A stretch of 64,000 bases of DNA from an uncultured Chloroflexia bacterium (GTDB lineage: Bacteria; Chloroflexota; Limnocylindria; Limnocylindrales; CSP1-4). A program made the translations under genes and the position numbers. Numbering within the stretch: position 1 is the first letter of the stretch; each line of letters starts with the position of its first letter. Shown here one piece after another: positions 47,407-56,094 of this stretch. The stretch covers positions 1,920,001-1,984,000 of the forward strand of contig CAWHDR010000001.1 in NCBI GenBank assembly GCA_963828165.1, read 5' to 3'. The notes below the pieces were generated by a model. It searched no databases. It was not told the origin of the DNA and saw nothing but the letters and a program-made list of their open reading frames with translations.

Positions 47407-48033
47407 GTGCCCAGATCGCACCCAGGGGATGCGCGCGAACCCGTTGACGTGACCGTGGATCGCGCGGCGGACCATGCTGCGATCGACCGGCTGACGGACG
47501 AGCTGCTGCCCGCGCTCATCGCCAAGCTCGGCGCGACCGGCCTCGGCGAGCTCGAGGTCCGCGAGGGCGCCTGGCGGGTGCGCCTCCGCCGACCGATGGG
47601 CAATGGCACGGTCACCCCGGGTCCGACGCGGGAGCGCAAGGGCGGGGATCGCGCTGGAGGCGAGCGTTCGGAGGGCGCGCCCGACCGCGCCGGCGAACGT
47701 GCGCCCCGGACGTTGCATCGTCCGCTGGAGGCGAAGACCGCGCGGACCGAATCGCGCGCGGTGGCGACCTCGCCGGCTGTCGGGATCTATCGCTCGCGGG
47801 CCGACCTGTCCGCCGGGACGCGCGTCCGGGCCGGTGATCGACTCGGCGCGGTGGACATGCTCGGGGTCGCACAGGAGGTCGTGGCGCCCGTCGACGGGAT
47901 CCTCGGCACGAGCCTCGTGGAGTCGGGCGATGCCGTCGAGTACGGCCAGGAGATCCTGGTGATCCAGCTCACCACCGGCCATGCGCCCACGAACGGCACT
48001 GGGGCCGACGGCCGCGGACGAGGCACCGCCTGA
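47407..48033 (+). CDS. BCCP-like protein lacking the biotinylated lysine (BADC-like)
   Basis: BCCP N-terminal motif GLGELEVREG, SPAVGIY, VRAGDRLGAVDMLGVAQEVVAPVDG, GDAVEYGQ; Gly at the Lys position. Confidence 0.8.
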   Translation: MPRSHPGDAREPVDVTVDRAADHAAIDRLTDELLPALIAKLGATGLGELEVREGAWRVRLRRPMGNGTVTPGPTRERKGGDRAGGERSEGAPDRAGERAPRTLHRPLEAKTARTESRAVATSPAVGIYRSRADLSAGTRVRAGDRLGAVDMLGVAQEVVAPVDGILGTSLVESGDAVEYGQEILVIQLTTGHAPTNGTGADGRGRGTA

Positions 48034-49403
48034 TGTTCAGAAAGGTCCTCATCGCGAACCGGGGCGAGATCGCGTTGCGGATCCTGCGTGCCTGCCGCAC
48101 GCTCGGCGTGGAAGCGGTCGTCGCCTACAGCGAAGGCGACCGTGATTCGCTGCCCGTGGGTCTCGCCGACGAGGCGATCTGCATCGGGCCGGCGGACGCG
48201 AAGCGCTCGTACCTGTCCGCTCCGGCCGTCATCTCCGCCGCGCTGGTCACCGGTTGCGACGCGATCCACCCGGGCTACGGGTTCCTGTCCGAGGACGAGG
48301 GGTTCGCCGAGGTGGTGGCAGCCCACGATCTGACGTTCATCGGTCCGCCGGCGGGCGTCCTGGAACGGTTCGCGAGCAAGGCTGGCACGCGCCAGCTGCT
48401 CGGCGGCTTCGGCCTGCCGACGATCCCGGGCTCCGAGGGGATGCTGCGCGACGACATGCACGCACTCGACGAAGCCAGTCGGATCGGCTATCCGGTCCTC
48501 GTGAAGCCATCCGCCGGCGGCGGGGGCAAAGGCATGCGCATGGTGCGCACGCCACGCGAGCTCGAGTCCGTGCTGCGGGTCTGCCGCAGCGAGGCCAAGG
48601 CCGCGTTCGGTGACGACTCCCTGTACCTGGAGAGGTGGCTCGACGAGAACCGGCACGTCGAGGTCCAGGTCGCGGTCGATCGGTACGGACACGGCGTCCA
48701 CCTGGGCGAGCGCGACTGCTCCGTGCAGCGGCGTCACCAGAAGATCCTCGAAGAGGCGCCCACGCCGGCGCTCTCCGATGCCGCCCGCGCCGACCTCGCC
48801 GAGCGTGCGCTCAAGGCCGTGGTGGCAGCTGGCTACGAGAACGTCGGGACGCTCGAGTTCCTCGTCGATCGCGACGGCAACTTCTATTTCATCGAGATCA
48901 ACTGCCGGATCCAGGTGGAGCATCCGGTGACCGAGGTCCTCACCGGCGTCGACCTCGTGGTCACCCAGATGCGGATCGCAGCGGGCGAGCCGCTCGGCAT
49001 CACGCAGGCGGACATCGCGTTCCGCGGGCACGCCATCGAGTTCCGCATCAACGCCGAGGATCCAGATCACGAGTTCCGGCCGAGCGCCGGGATCGTCGAG
49101 CGCTATCACGCTCCGGGCGGCCCGGGCATCCGTGTGGACTCCCATCTGTTCACCGGCTACGAGGTCCCGCCGTACTACGACTCGCTGCTTGGCAAGCTGA
49201 TCGTCTGGGGTCCCGACCGCCCTGCGGCGATCGCCCGCTCTCGGGTGGCCCTCGAGGAGCTCGTCATCGACGGGCTCGTGACGAACGTCGCCATCCATCA
49301 GGCGCTGCTGTCCTCGGAGGCCTTCCTCGAGGGCAAGATGACGACGAACCTGCTCGACCGGGTGGGGAGTGCCGCGTTCCTGGCTGCGGCCGCCCGGGTG
49401 TGA
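48033..49403 (+). CDS. accC: Biotin carboxylase
   Basis: KVLIANRGEIA, IHPGYGFLSE, GGGGKGMR, ERDCSVQRRHQK, RIQVEHPVTE, YYDSLLGK. Confidence 0.96.
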   Translation: MFRKVLIANRGEIALRILRACRTLGVEAVVAYSEGDRDSLPVGLADEAICIGPADAKRSYLSAPAVISAALVTGCDAIHPGYGFLSEDEGFAEVVAAHDLTFIGPPAGVLERFASKAGTRQLLGGFGLPTIPGSEGMLRDDMHALDEASRIGYPVLVKPSAGGGGKGMRMVRTPRELESVLRVCRSEAKAAFGDDSLYLERWLDENRHVEVQVAVDRYGHGVHLGERDCSVQRRHQKILEEAPTPALSDAARADLAERALKAVVAAGYENVGTLEFLVDRDGNFYFIEINCRIQVEHPVTEVLTGVDLVVTQMRIAAGEPLGITQADIAFRGHAIEFRINAEDPDHEFRPSAGIVERYHAPGGPGIRVDSHLFTGYEVPPYYDSLLGKLIVWGPDRPAAIARSRVALEELVIDGLVTNVAIHQALLSSEAFLEGKMTTNLLDRVGSAAFLAAAARV

Positions 49404-49515
49404 CCCCGGACGCGACCGGACAGTCCGGTCCTATGCCATGCAGACCTGCACATGGTTCGTCGCAGGAGCCCGTCCGATTGGGCCAGACTGACGGACATCC
49501 CACCTGGAGCCGCCC

Positions 49516-50007
49516 GTGACCCACGCCGCACCCACCGCAACGACGACCGCCGCCCCGACCACGGTCCATACCGTCCGTGAGATCGAGGCCCTGATCCCGC
49601 ATCGCTGGCCGTTCCTGCTCATCGACCGCATCGTCGAGTACGACCAGGAGGCGAAGCGGATCGTGGCGATCAAGGGAGTGACCGCGGGGGAGTGGTTCTT
49701 CGCCGGGCATTTCCCGGGGCTGCCGGTCATGCCCGGCGTCATGCAGGTCGAGGCACTTGCCCAGACGATGGCCGTCTACGTGGCCAAGCAACCCGGATTC
49801 GGCGATCGGATCGGGCTGTTCGCCGGGATCGACGACGCGCGCTTCAAGCGCATCGTCAGCCCGGGCGACGTCCTCCGGCTGGAGATCACGATGGACAAGC
49901 TCGGCTCGCGGTTCGGACGCGGCCGGGGGATCGCCAGCGTCGACGGCGAGGTCGCCTGCGAGGCGACCATCAGCTTCGTGATCCCAGGAGAGGGCGTGCT
50001 CCGGTGA
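49516..50007 (+). CDS. fabZ: 3-hydroxyacyl-ACP dehydratase
   Basis: IPHRWPFLLIDRI, GHFPGLPVMPGV, EALAQ, RFKRIVSPGD. Confidence 0.93.
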   Translation: MTHAAPTATTTAAPTTVHTVREIEALIPHRWPFLLIDRIVEYDQEAKRIVAIKGVTAGEWFFAGHFPGLPVMPGVMQVEALAQTMAVYVAKQPGFGDRIGLFAGIDDARFKRIVSPGDVLRLEITMDKLGSRFGRGRGIASVDGEVACEATISFVIPGEGVLR

Positions 50008-50750
50008 GTCGCCTCGCAGCCCTCTCCGACGTGCACGGCAACGCCACGGCGCTCGAGGCCGTGCTCGCGGACGTCGCGCGCGAGAAGCCGGACGCCGTGC
50101 TCGTCGCCGGCGATCTCGTGCTCAACGGACCGGAACCGGCGCTCGTCGTCGACGTCCTGCGCAGCCTGGCCGACGAAGGGGCGCTCGTCGTCGCCGGCAA
50201 CACCGACATCGCCGTCGCCGACTTCGACTATGCAGCAGCGTTCCCGTGGATGACCGACGGTGTGCCGGACGCCATCATCGACGCCGCGGAATGGGCGCAC
50301 GACGCGCTCGGCGCCGAGCGGATCGACTGGTTGCGTCGACTTCCGTCCGAGCGACGCTGGCGCACCGATGACGACACCCTCGTCCTGGTCTGCCACGCAT
50401 CACCCGGCTCGCAGACCGCGGGCTTCGACCAGGGGCTCGAGGCGTCCGTCACGATCGAGCGGGTCGCCCGGACCGACGCTCGCGTCATCGTCTGCGGCCA
50501 CACCCACCTGCCGGAGGTGCGCGATCTCGGCTGGAAGCTGATCGTGAACGACGGATCGGCCGGCTACGTGTTCGACGGCGAACCGACCGCGTCGTGGGCG
50601 CTCATCGACGTCGAGGGCGGTGACGTGCGCGCCGAGATCCGCCGGACCGAGTTCGACGTCCTGTCGGTCGCCAACGCCATCTCGGCGCGCGGGCTCGCTG
50701 GCGACGTATACCGTGCGGCCACCGTCCGAACCGGGAAGCTCGTCCGATGA
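50004..50750 (+). CDS. Calcineurin-like metallophosphoesterase (YfcE-like)
   Basis: SDVHGN, GDLV, GNTD, CHAS, CGHTH, NDGS; overlaps both fabZ and fabF by 4 nt. Confidence 0.85.
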   Translation: MSRLAALSDVHGNATALEAVLADVAREKPDAVLVAGDLVLNGPEPALVVDVLRSLADEGALVVAGNTDIAVADFDYAAAFPWMTDGVPDAIIDAAEWAHDALGAERIDWLRRLPSERRWRTDDDTLVLVCHASPGSQTAGFDQGLEASVTIERVARTDARVIVCGHTHLPEVRDLGWKLIVNDGSAGYVFDGEPTASWALIDVEGGDVRAEIRRTEFDVLSVANAISARGLAGDVYRAATVRTGKLVR

Positions 50751-51997
50751 CGAGGCGGGTCGTGGTCACCGGGATGGGCATGCTCTCGGCGCTCGGCAAC
50801 GACGTGCCCTCCACGTGGGCGGGCCTGCTCGCCGGGCGACCCGGCATCCGGACGATCGAGGCCTTCGACCCGTCGCGGCTGACCGCACAGATCGCCGGCG
50901 AGGTGCGGGACTTCGACGCGAGCCACGTCCTGGACCGCAAGGACCAGCGCCGGACGGACCGTTACATCCAGTTCGGCCTCGTGGCCGCGCGCGAGGCGAT
51001 GGACCAGGCGGGGCTGCCGGCACGCCTCGAGGACAAGCTAGCGGAGCGGACCGGCGTGATCCTGGGGACCGGGCTCGGCGGCGTCGGGACCCTGAACGAC
51101 GGATTCTCGACGAACGCCCTGCGCGGCCCCGACCGGATCAGCCCATTCCTGATCCCGATGGGGATCCCGAACGTGGGTGCGGGGCAGATCGCCATCACCT
51201 ACGGCATGACCGGACCCAACTTCGCCACGGTGTCCGCATGCGCCACGGGTGGCCACGCCGTCGGTGAGTCGTACGAGACCATCCGTCGCGACGATGCCGA
51301 CATCATGCTCGCTGGCGGCTCGGAGGCGTGCGTCTTCGAGGTCCTCATCGGCGGGTTCGCCGCGATGCGCGCGCTCTCCACGCGGAACGACGACCCCGCC
51401 GCGGCGTCCCGTCCATTCGATACGGGCCGTGATGGCTTCGTGGTCGGCGAAGGCGCCGGTGTCCTCGTGCTGGAGGAGCTCGAGCACGCGCAGGGCCGCG
51501 GCGCGACCCCACTCGCCGAGCTCGTCGGGTACGGAGCGACCGCGGACGCGTCCCACATCACGCTGCCGGCTCCCGGTGGCATGGGAGCGGTTCGCGCAGC
51601 CAGGCGCGCCCTCGAGAAGGCCGGGCTCCAGCCCGAGGACGTCCAGCACGTCAACGCGCATGCCACCTCCACACCCGAGGGCGACAAGGCCGAGCTGCAG
51701 GCCATCAAGACGATCTTCGGTGACCATGCCGCGTCCCTGGCGATCACGGCGAACAAGTCGATGATCGGTCACACGCTCGGTGCCGCGGGTGCCGTGGAGG
51801 CGATCGCCACCGTGCTTGCCCTCCGCGACGGGTGCGTCCCTCCGACGATCAACCTGACCGACCCCGACCCGGAGGCCGAAGGGCTGGACATCGTCACCGG
51901 CGAGGCGAAGCGCCTTGACATGGCGGTCGGTCTGTCCAACTCGTTCGGGTTCGGCGGACAGAACACGGCCCTCGTCTTCCGCCGGTGGGACGCATGA
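50747..51997 (+). CDS. fabF: Beta-ketoacyl-ACP synthase II
   Basis: RVVVTGMG, SACATG, GEGAG, NAHATST, KSMIGHTLGAAG, SNSFGFGG. Confidence 0.95.
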   Translation: MTRRVVVTGMGMLSALGNDVPSTWAGLLAGRPGIRTIEAFDPSRLTAQIAGEVRDFDASHVLDRKDQRRTDRYIQFGLVAAREAMDQAGLPARLEDKLAERTGVILGTGLGGVGTLNDGFSTNALRGPDRISPFLIPMGIPNVGAGQIAITYGMTGPNFATVSACATGGHAVGESYETIRRDDADIMLAGGSEACVFEVLIGGFAAMRALSTRNDDPAAASRPFDTGRDGFVVGEGAGVLVLEELEHAQGRGATPLAELVGYGATADASHITLPAPGGMGAVRAARRALEKAGLQPEDVQHVNAHATSTPEGDKAELQAIKTIFGDHAASLAITANKSMIGHTLGAAGAVEAIATVLALRDGCVPPTINLTDPDPEAEGLDIVTGEAKRLDMAVGLSNSFGFGGQNTALVFRRWDA

Positions 51998-52605
51998 CCG
52001 ACGACGCGACGCAGTCGATGGAGACGCCCGAGGTTCCCCGGGCCCCGGCGTCGCCGGCCCCCGCTGCGTCAGCGGCCACGGCGGGCGACGCCGGAGACCA
52101 AACAGGCGCCGCGCCGCCGCGTGCCGACGACGACCTCGAGCTGCTGGGACTGATCGATCGGCTGGCGGCCCTCCTGGATCGCTCCGACCTGACCGAGCTG
52201 GAGGTCGAGTCGGGTGGGACCGGACTCGTCCTTCGCAAGCCCTCGGCCATCGCGCCCATCGCAAGCACCGCGCTGACGTCGGCACCGACGGCGGCCGGAC
52301 CGGAGACCGCGCCGACTGCGACGGGGGAAGCGACGACCGCCGGAGGCGACGTCGCCCCCGCGGCGAAGCCGTCGATCAAGGCGCCGCTGACCGGGATCTT
52401 CTATGCATCGCCGGCGCCGGGCTCGGCGCCGTACGTCACCGCCGGCGGGGAGGTCGCCGTCGGCCAGATCATCGGCCTGATCGAGGCGATGAAGCTCTTC
52501 AACGAGATCAAGTCGGACCTGGCAGGCCGCGTCGTCCGGGTGGTGCCGGAGAGCGGCACCCTGGTCAAGGCGAAGCAGCCGCTCATCGAGGTGGAACCGC
52601 TGTGA
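51994..52605 (+). CDS. accB: Biotin carboxyl carrier protein
   Basis: DLTELEVE, APLTGIFYASPAPG thumb, IEAMKLFNEI. Confidence 0.93.
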   Translation: MTDDATQSMETPEVPRAPASPAPAASAATAGDAGDQTGAAPPRADDDLELLGLIDRLAALLDRSDLTELEVESGGTGLVLRKPSAIAPIASTALTSAPTAAGPETAPTATGEATTAGGDVAPAAKPSIKAPLTGIFYASPAPGSAPYVTAGGEVAVGQIIGLIEAMKLFNEIKSDLAGRVVRVVPESGTLVKAKQPLIEVEPL

Positions 52606-53807
52606 ACCAGCCCGACGCGCAGCAGCGCTACGCCCACGTCACCGGGTGGGGTCGCTACGTGCCGACGCAGGTCCTGACGAACCACGACCTCGAGCGGATG
52701 GTCGACACCAACGACGAGTGGATCGTCGCGCGCACGGGCATCCGTGAGCGACGGGTCGCCGCCGCCCACGAGACGACCGCGTCGATGGCCGCCGTTGCGT
52801 CGCTGCGGGCGATCCGGACGGCCGGGCTCGAGCCCGATGACATCGACCTCATCCTGCTCGCCACGCTCACGCCTGACTACTGGATGCCATCCACGGCCGC
52901 GCTCGTCAAGGAGGCCATCGGCAACACCACGGCCGCCGCGATGGACATCGCCGCCGCCTGCTCCGGGTTCGTCTACGCCTATGCCTCGGCGCAGGCCTAC
53001 ATCACGAGCGGGATGGCCCGCCACGTGCTCGTCATCGGCGCGGAGCTGCTGACTCGCTTCCTGGATTACACGGACCGGAGCACCTGCATCCTGTTCGGTG
53101 ACGGAGCGGGAGCGGTCGTGCTGTCGGCCAGTGAAGAGCGCGGCGGCGGTCTCGGGATCGAGATGACGACCGATCCGCAGGGCGCCTACATGATCTGGTT
53201 GCCGGCCGGCGGGGCCAAGGCGCCCCCATCCGCGGGCACGATCGCGCGCGGCGAGCACTACATCCGGATGGAGGGCAAGGAGACCTACCGGTTCGCGACG
53301 AAGACGATGGCCACGACGGCCCTGGAGAGCGTCCGCCGGTCCGGCCTGGATCCGTCCGATATCGCGCTGTTCATCCCGCACCAGGCGAACATCCGGATCG
53401 TCGAGGCGGTGGCCAAGGGCCTGGACCTGCCGATGGAGCGGATGTTCGTAAACCTCGACAAGTACGGCAATACCTCGGCCGCGTCCGTGCCGATCGCCCT
53501 GGCCGAGGCGGTCAACGAGGGTCGCGTGCAGGTCGGCGACAACGTCGTCCTCGTGGCGTTCGGGGCGGGCTTCACGAGCGGCGCCGTGACGATCCAATGG
53601 ACCACGGACCCGGCCCGGGGCATCGCCGGCGACGCCGCGGTCAACCCCGACGAGGTCACGGTCCGCTTGCCGGTCGACTGGAACTCGGTCGACCCCATCC
53701 CGGACGCGCTCGCCGCGATCATGGCCCAGCCCGGCTCGGTGGACGTGCCGCTCGACGACGTCGTCCCCGGCGAACCCGAGCCCGCCCACAAGGAGGTCCA
53801 CGCGTGA
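52602..53807 (+). CDS. fabH: Beta-ketoacyl-ACP synthase III
   Basis: RTGIRERR, AACSGF, LFGDGAGA, PHQAN, YGNTSAAS, FGAGFT. Confidence 0.95.
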   Translation: MNQPDAQQRYAHVTGWGRYVPTQVLTNHDLERMVDTNDEWIVARTGIRERRVAAAHETTASMAAVASLRAIRTAGLEPDDIDLILLATLTPDYWMPSTAALVKEAIGNTTAAAMDIAAACSGFVYAYASAQAYITSGMARHVLVIGAELLTRFLDYTDRSTCILFGDGAGAVVLSASEERGGGLGIEMTTDPQGAYMIWLPAGGAKAPPSAGTIARGEHYIRMEGKETYRFATKTMATTALESVRRSGLDPSDIALFIPHQANIRIVEAVAKGLDLPMERMFVNLDKYGNTSAASVPIALAEAVNEGRVQVGDNVVLVAFGAGFTSGAVTIQWTTDPARGIAGDAAVNPDEVTVRLPVDWNSVDPIPDALAAIMAQPGSVDVPLDDVVPGEPEPAHKEVHA

Positions 53808-54553
53808 TCGACCTCAGCGGCAAGTCCGCGCTCGTCACCGGCGGGTCGCGTGGTATCGGCAAGGCCATCGGGCTTCGGCTGGCGACGCAGGGGGCCGATG
53901 TCGCCTTCAGCTACAAGGGCAACGAGGCCGCTGCCCGCGAGACCGCTCGCGAGATCCAGGCGATGAAACGCAGGGCGCTCGCCGTCCAGGGCGATGTCGC
54001 GGACGTCGACTCCGCCGAGAACGTCGTGAAGTCCGCCCTCGATGCCTTCGGGAAGATCGACATCCTGGTCAACAACGCGGGTATCACCCGTGACGATCTG
54101 ATCATGCGCATGAGCCCCGAGGCGTGGCGCGAGGTCCTCGAGACGAACCTGTTCGGTGCCTTCTGGATGACGAAGGCGGTGACCCGCCCGATGCTCAAGG
54201 CCCGAGGCGGCCGGATCATCAACATCACCTCGGTGTCTGGGCAGGCAGGGCAGATGGGGCAGGCCAACTACAGCGCCGCGAAGGCCGGGCTCATCGGCCT
54301 GACGAAGGCCACGGCGCGGGAGCTTGCCTCGCGCGGCATCACGGTCAACGCCGTTGCGCCGGGGTTCGTGCTCACCGAGCTCACACAGGACCTGCCCGAT
54401 GCGCTCAAGGAGGAGATCACCTCTCGAACGCCCCTTGGGCGATTCGGGACGACCGAAGAGGTCGCGAACGCCGTCGCATTCCTCGCGTCGGACGAGGCCG
54501 CCTACATCACGGGCCAGGTGCTCGCGGTGGACGGTGGCCTCGTGATGATGTAG
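53804..54553 (+). CDS. fabG: 3-oxoacyl-ACP reductase
   Basis: TGGSRGIG, NNAGITRD, YSAAKAG, VAPGF, VDGG. Confidence 0.95.
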   Translation: MIDLSGKSALVTGGSRGIGKAIGLRLATQGADVAFSYKGNEAAARETAREIQAMKRRALAVQGDVADVDSAENVVKSALDAFGKIDILVNNAGITRDDLIMRMSPEAWREVLETNLFGAFWMTKAVTRPMLKARGGRIINITSVSGQAGQMGQANYSAAKAGLIGLTKATARELASRGITVNAVAPGFVLTELTQDLPDALKEEITSRTPLGRFGTTEEVANAVAFLASDEAAYITGQVLAVDGGLVMM

Positions 54554-54696
54554 CTCGGGCCCGCCCCCGATCCCGCTCCGCCTCGTAGGGAACCGCGGCC
54601 CGCCCCCGACGCGTCGAACCCACCGGACCCGGTGCCGACGGTCCTATGCCAAGATGGCGCCTCCATATCGCTGTATCGAACGGAAACCACGACCCC

Positions 54697-56094
54697 TTGA
54701 CCACACGCTCCCACGCCCGCAGGACCCCGCAGGCGACCCCGTGGCGGCCCGACGAGCCGGCGCGCCGCTCGGCGTCCATCGCCACGTTCCTGTCGTTCCT
54801 GTGGCCCGGCCTGGGCCAGGGCTATGCCGGACGTCCCCGCGCCGGTGCGCTGTTCGCGCTGCCCGTGCTCGTCGTTGCGCTGATCACGTTGGTCCTCGTC
54901 CTTGACGGCGTCGGCCGTCTCGCATCCCTGGTTCTCGAACCGGCGACGGCGTTCGCGCTCATGTTCATCGTCCTCCTGCTCGGCCTGTGGCGGGTGGTGT
55001 CGATGGGTGACGCGATGAACGGGTTGCTGGGCACGGATCCCGCGGTTCGGCGTCGCGCCGTGACGACATTCGCGCTGCTGACGGTCATCGTGATCGTCGC
55101 CCATGCCTGGCTCGGCTACCTCACGTGGTCGGTCTATGACGCCGGTCAGCGGGTGTTCGCCGCGGAGGAGCCCGACGCTCGACCGTCCCTCGCACCGGGC
55201 GTCACGCCCGCCCCGATGGACGACTTCGGCTCGAAGCCGTTCGCCACCCCGGCCACGCAGAGCTCCCGGGTCAACATGCTGCTGATCGGTGTCGACTCAT
55301 CCGAGAACCGCAACACCGCGCTCACCGACACCCTCATGGTCGTGAGCGTCGATCCGGACACCGGGAAGATCGCGATGGTGAGCTTCCCGCGTGACCTTGC
55401 CGATTTCACGCTGTCGAACGGCGAGGTCTACACCTCCAAGATCAACTCCCTGATGACCCATGCCCGAAAGAATCCGGACGAGTTTCCCGACGGGCCGCTG
55501 CACACGCTCGCCACCGAGCTCGGCTACATCCTGGGCGTCCCCATCCAGTACTACACGGCCGTGGATCTCGATGGCTTCCGCAAGGTGATCGACCTCGTCG
55601 GCGGCGTGACGATCGACAACAAGCGGCAGATCAACGATCCCACCTACGACTGGCCCGACGGCCGGAAGGGATTTCAGCTGTCGCCGGGCCGCCATCACCT
55701 CGACGGAGTCACGGCGTTGGCCTTCGTCCGGACGCGCAAGGGGGTCGGGGACACGGATTTCGACCGGTCAAGACGCCAGCAGCAGGTCCTGCTCGCCCTG
55801 CGCAGCCAACTGGCACGGCCCGAGAACATCACCCGGATCCCGGAGATCACCCAGGCGGCGGGCAACGCGCTGCGCACGAACTTCCCGACCGAGCGCGTGG
55901 CCGAGTTCATCGGGCTGGCGGAGACCCTCGCCGACAGCGATGTGAGTGGGGTCGTGCTCGGGCCGCCGTACGCACTCAAGGCGACCGGTCCCGGCGTGTT
56001 CGACTACCGATTGCGCTTCGACGAGGAGCGCCTGGCGCGCAAGTCCGTGGAGCTCTTCGGCGATGACAGCCGCTACGCGGCGAGCGCGCCCTAG
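54697..56094 (+). CDS. LytR-CpsA-Psr (LCP) family glycopolymer transferase
   Basis: N-terminal TMs; NMLLIGVD, TDTLMVV, SFPRD, KINS, ALAFVRTR, DFDRSRRQQ; start uncertain (54646 ATG or 54697 TTG). Confidence 0.9.
   Translation: MTTRSHARRTPQATPWRPDEPARRSASIATFLSFLWPGLGQGYAGRPRAGALFALPVLVVALITLVLVLDGVGRLASLVLEPATAFALMFIVLLLGLWRVVSMGDAMNGLLGTDPAVRRRAVTTFALLTVIVIVAHAWLGYLTWSVYDAGQRVFAAEEPDARPSLAPGVTPAPMDDFGSKPFATPATQSSRVNMLLIGVDSSENRNTALTDTLMVVSVDPDTGKIAMVSFPRDLADFTLSNGEVYTSKINSLMTHARKNPDEFPDGPLHTLATELGYILGVPIQYYTAVDLDGFRKVIDLVGGVTIDNKRQINDPTYDWPDGRKGFQLSPGRHHLDGVTALAFVRTRKGVGDTDFDRSRRQQQVLLALRSQLARPENITRIPEITQAAGNALRTNFPTERVAEFIGLAETLADSDVSGVVLGPPYALKATGPGVFDYRLRFDEERLARKSVELFGDDSRYAASAP

Noticed and set aside
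43487-54553. Secondary-metabolite type II PKS cluster
   Set aside because: FabF, FabH, FabG and FabZ look like primary fatty-acid enzymes; no chain-length factor or tailoring genes.
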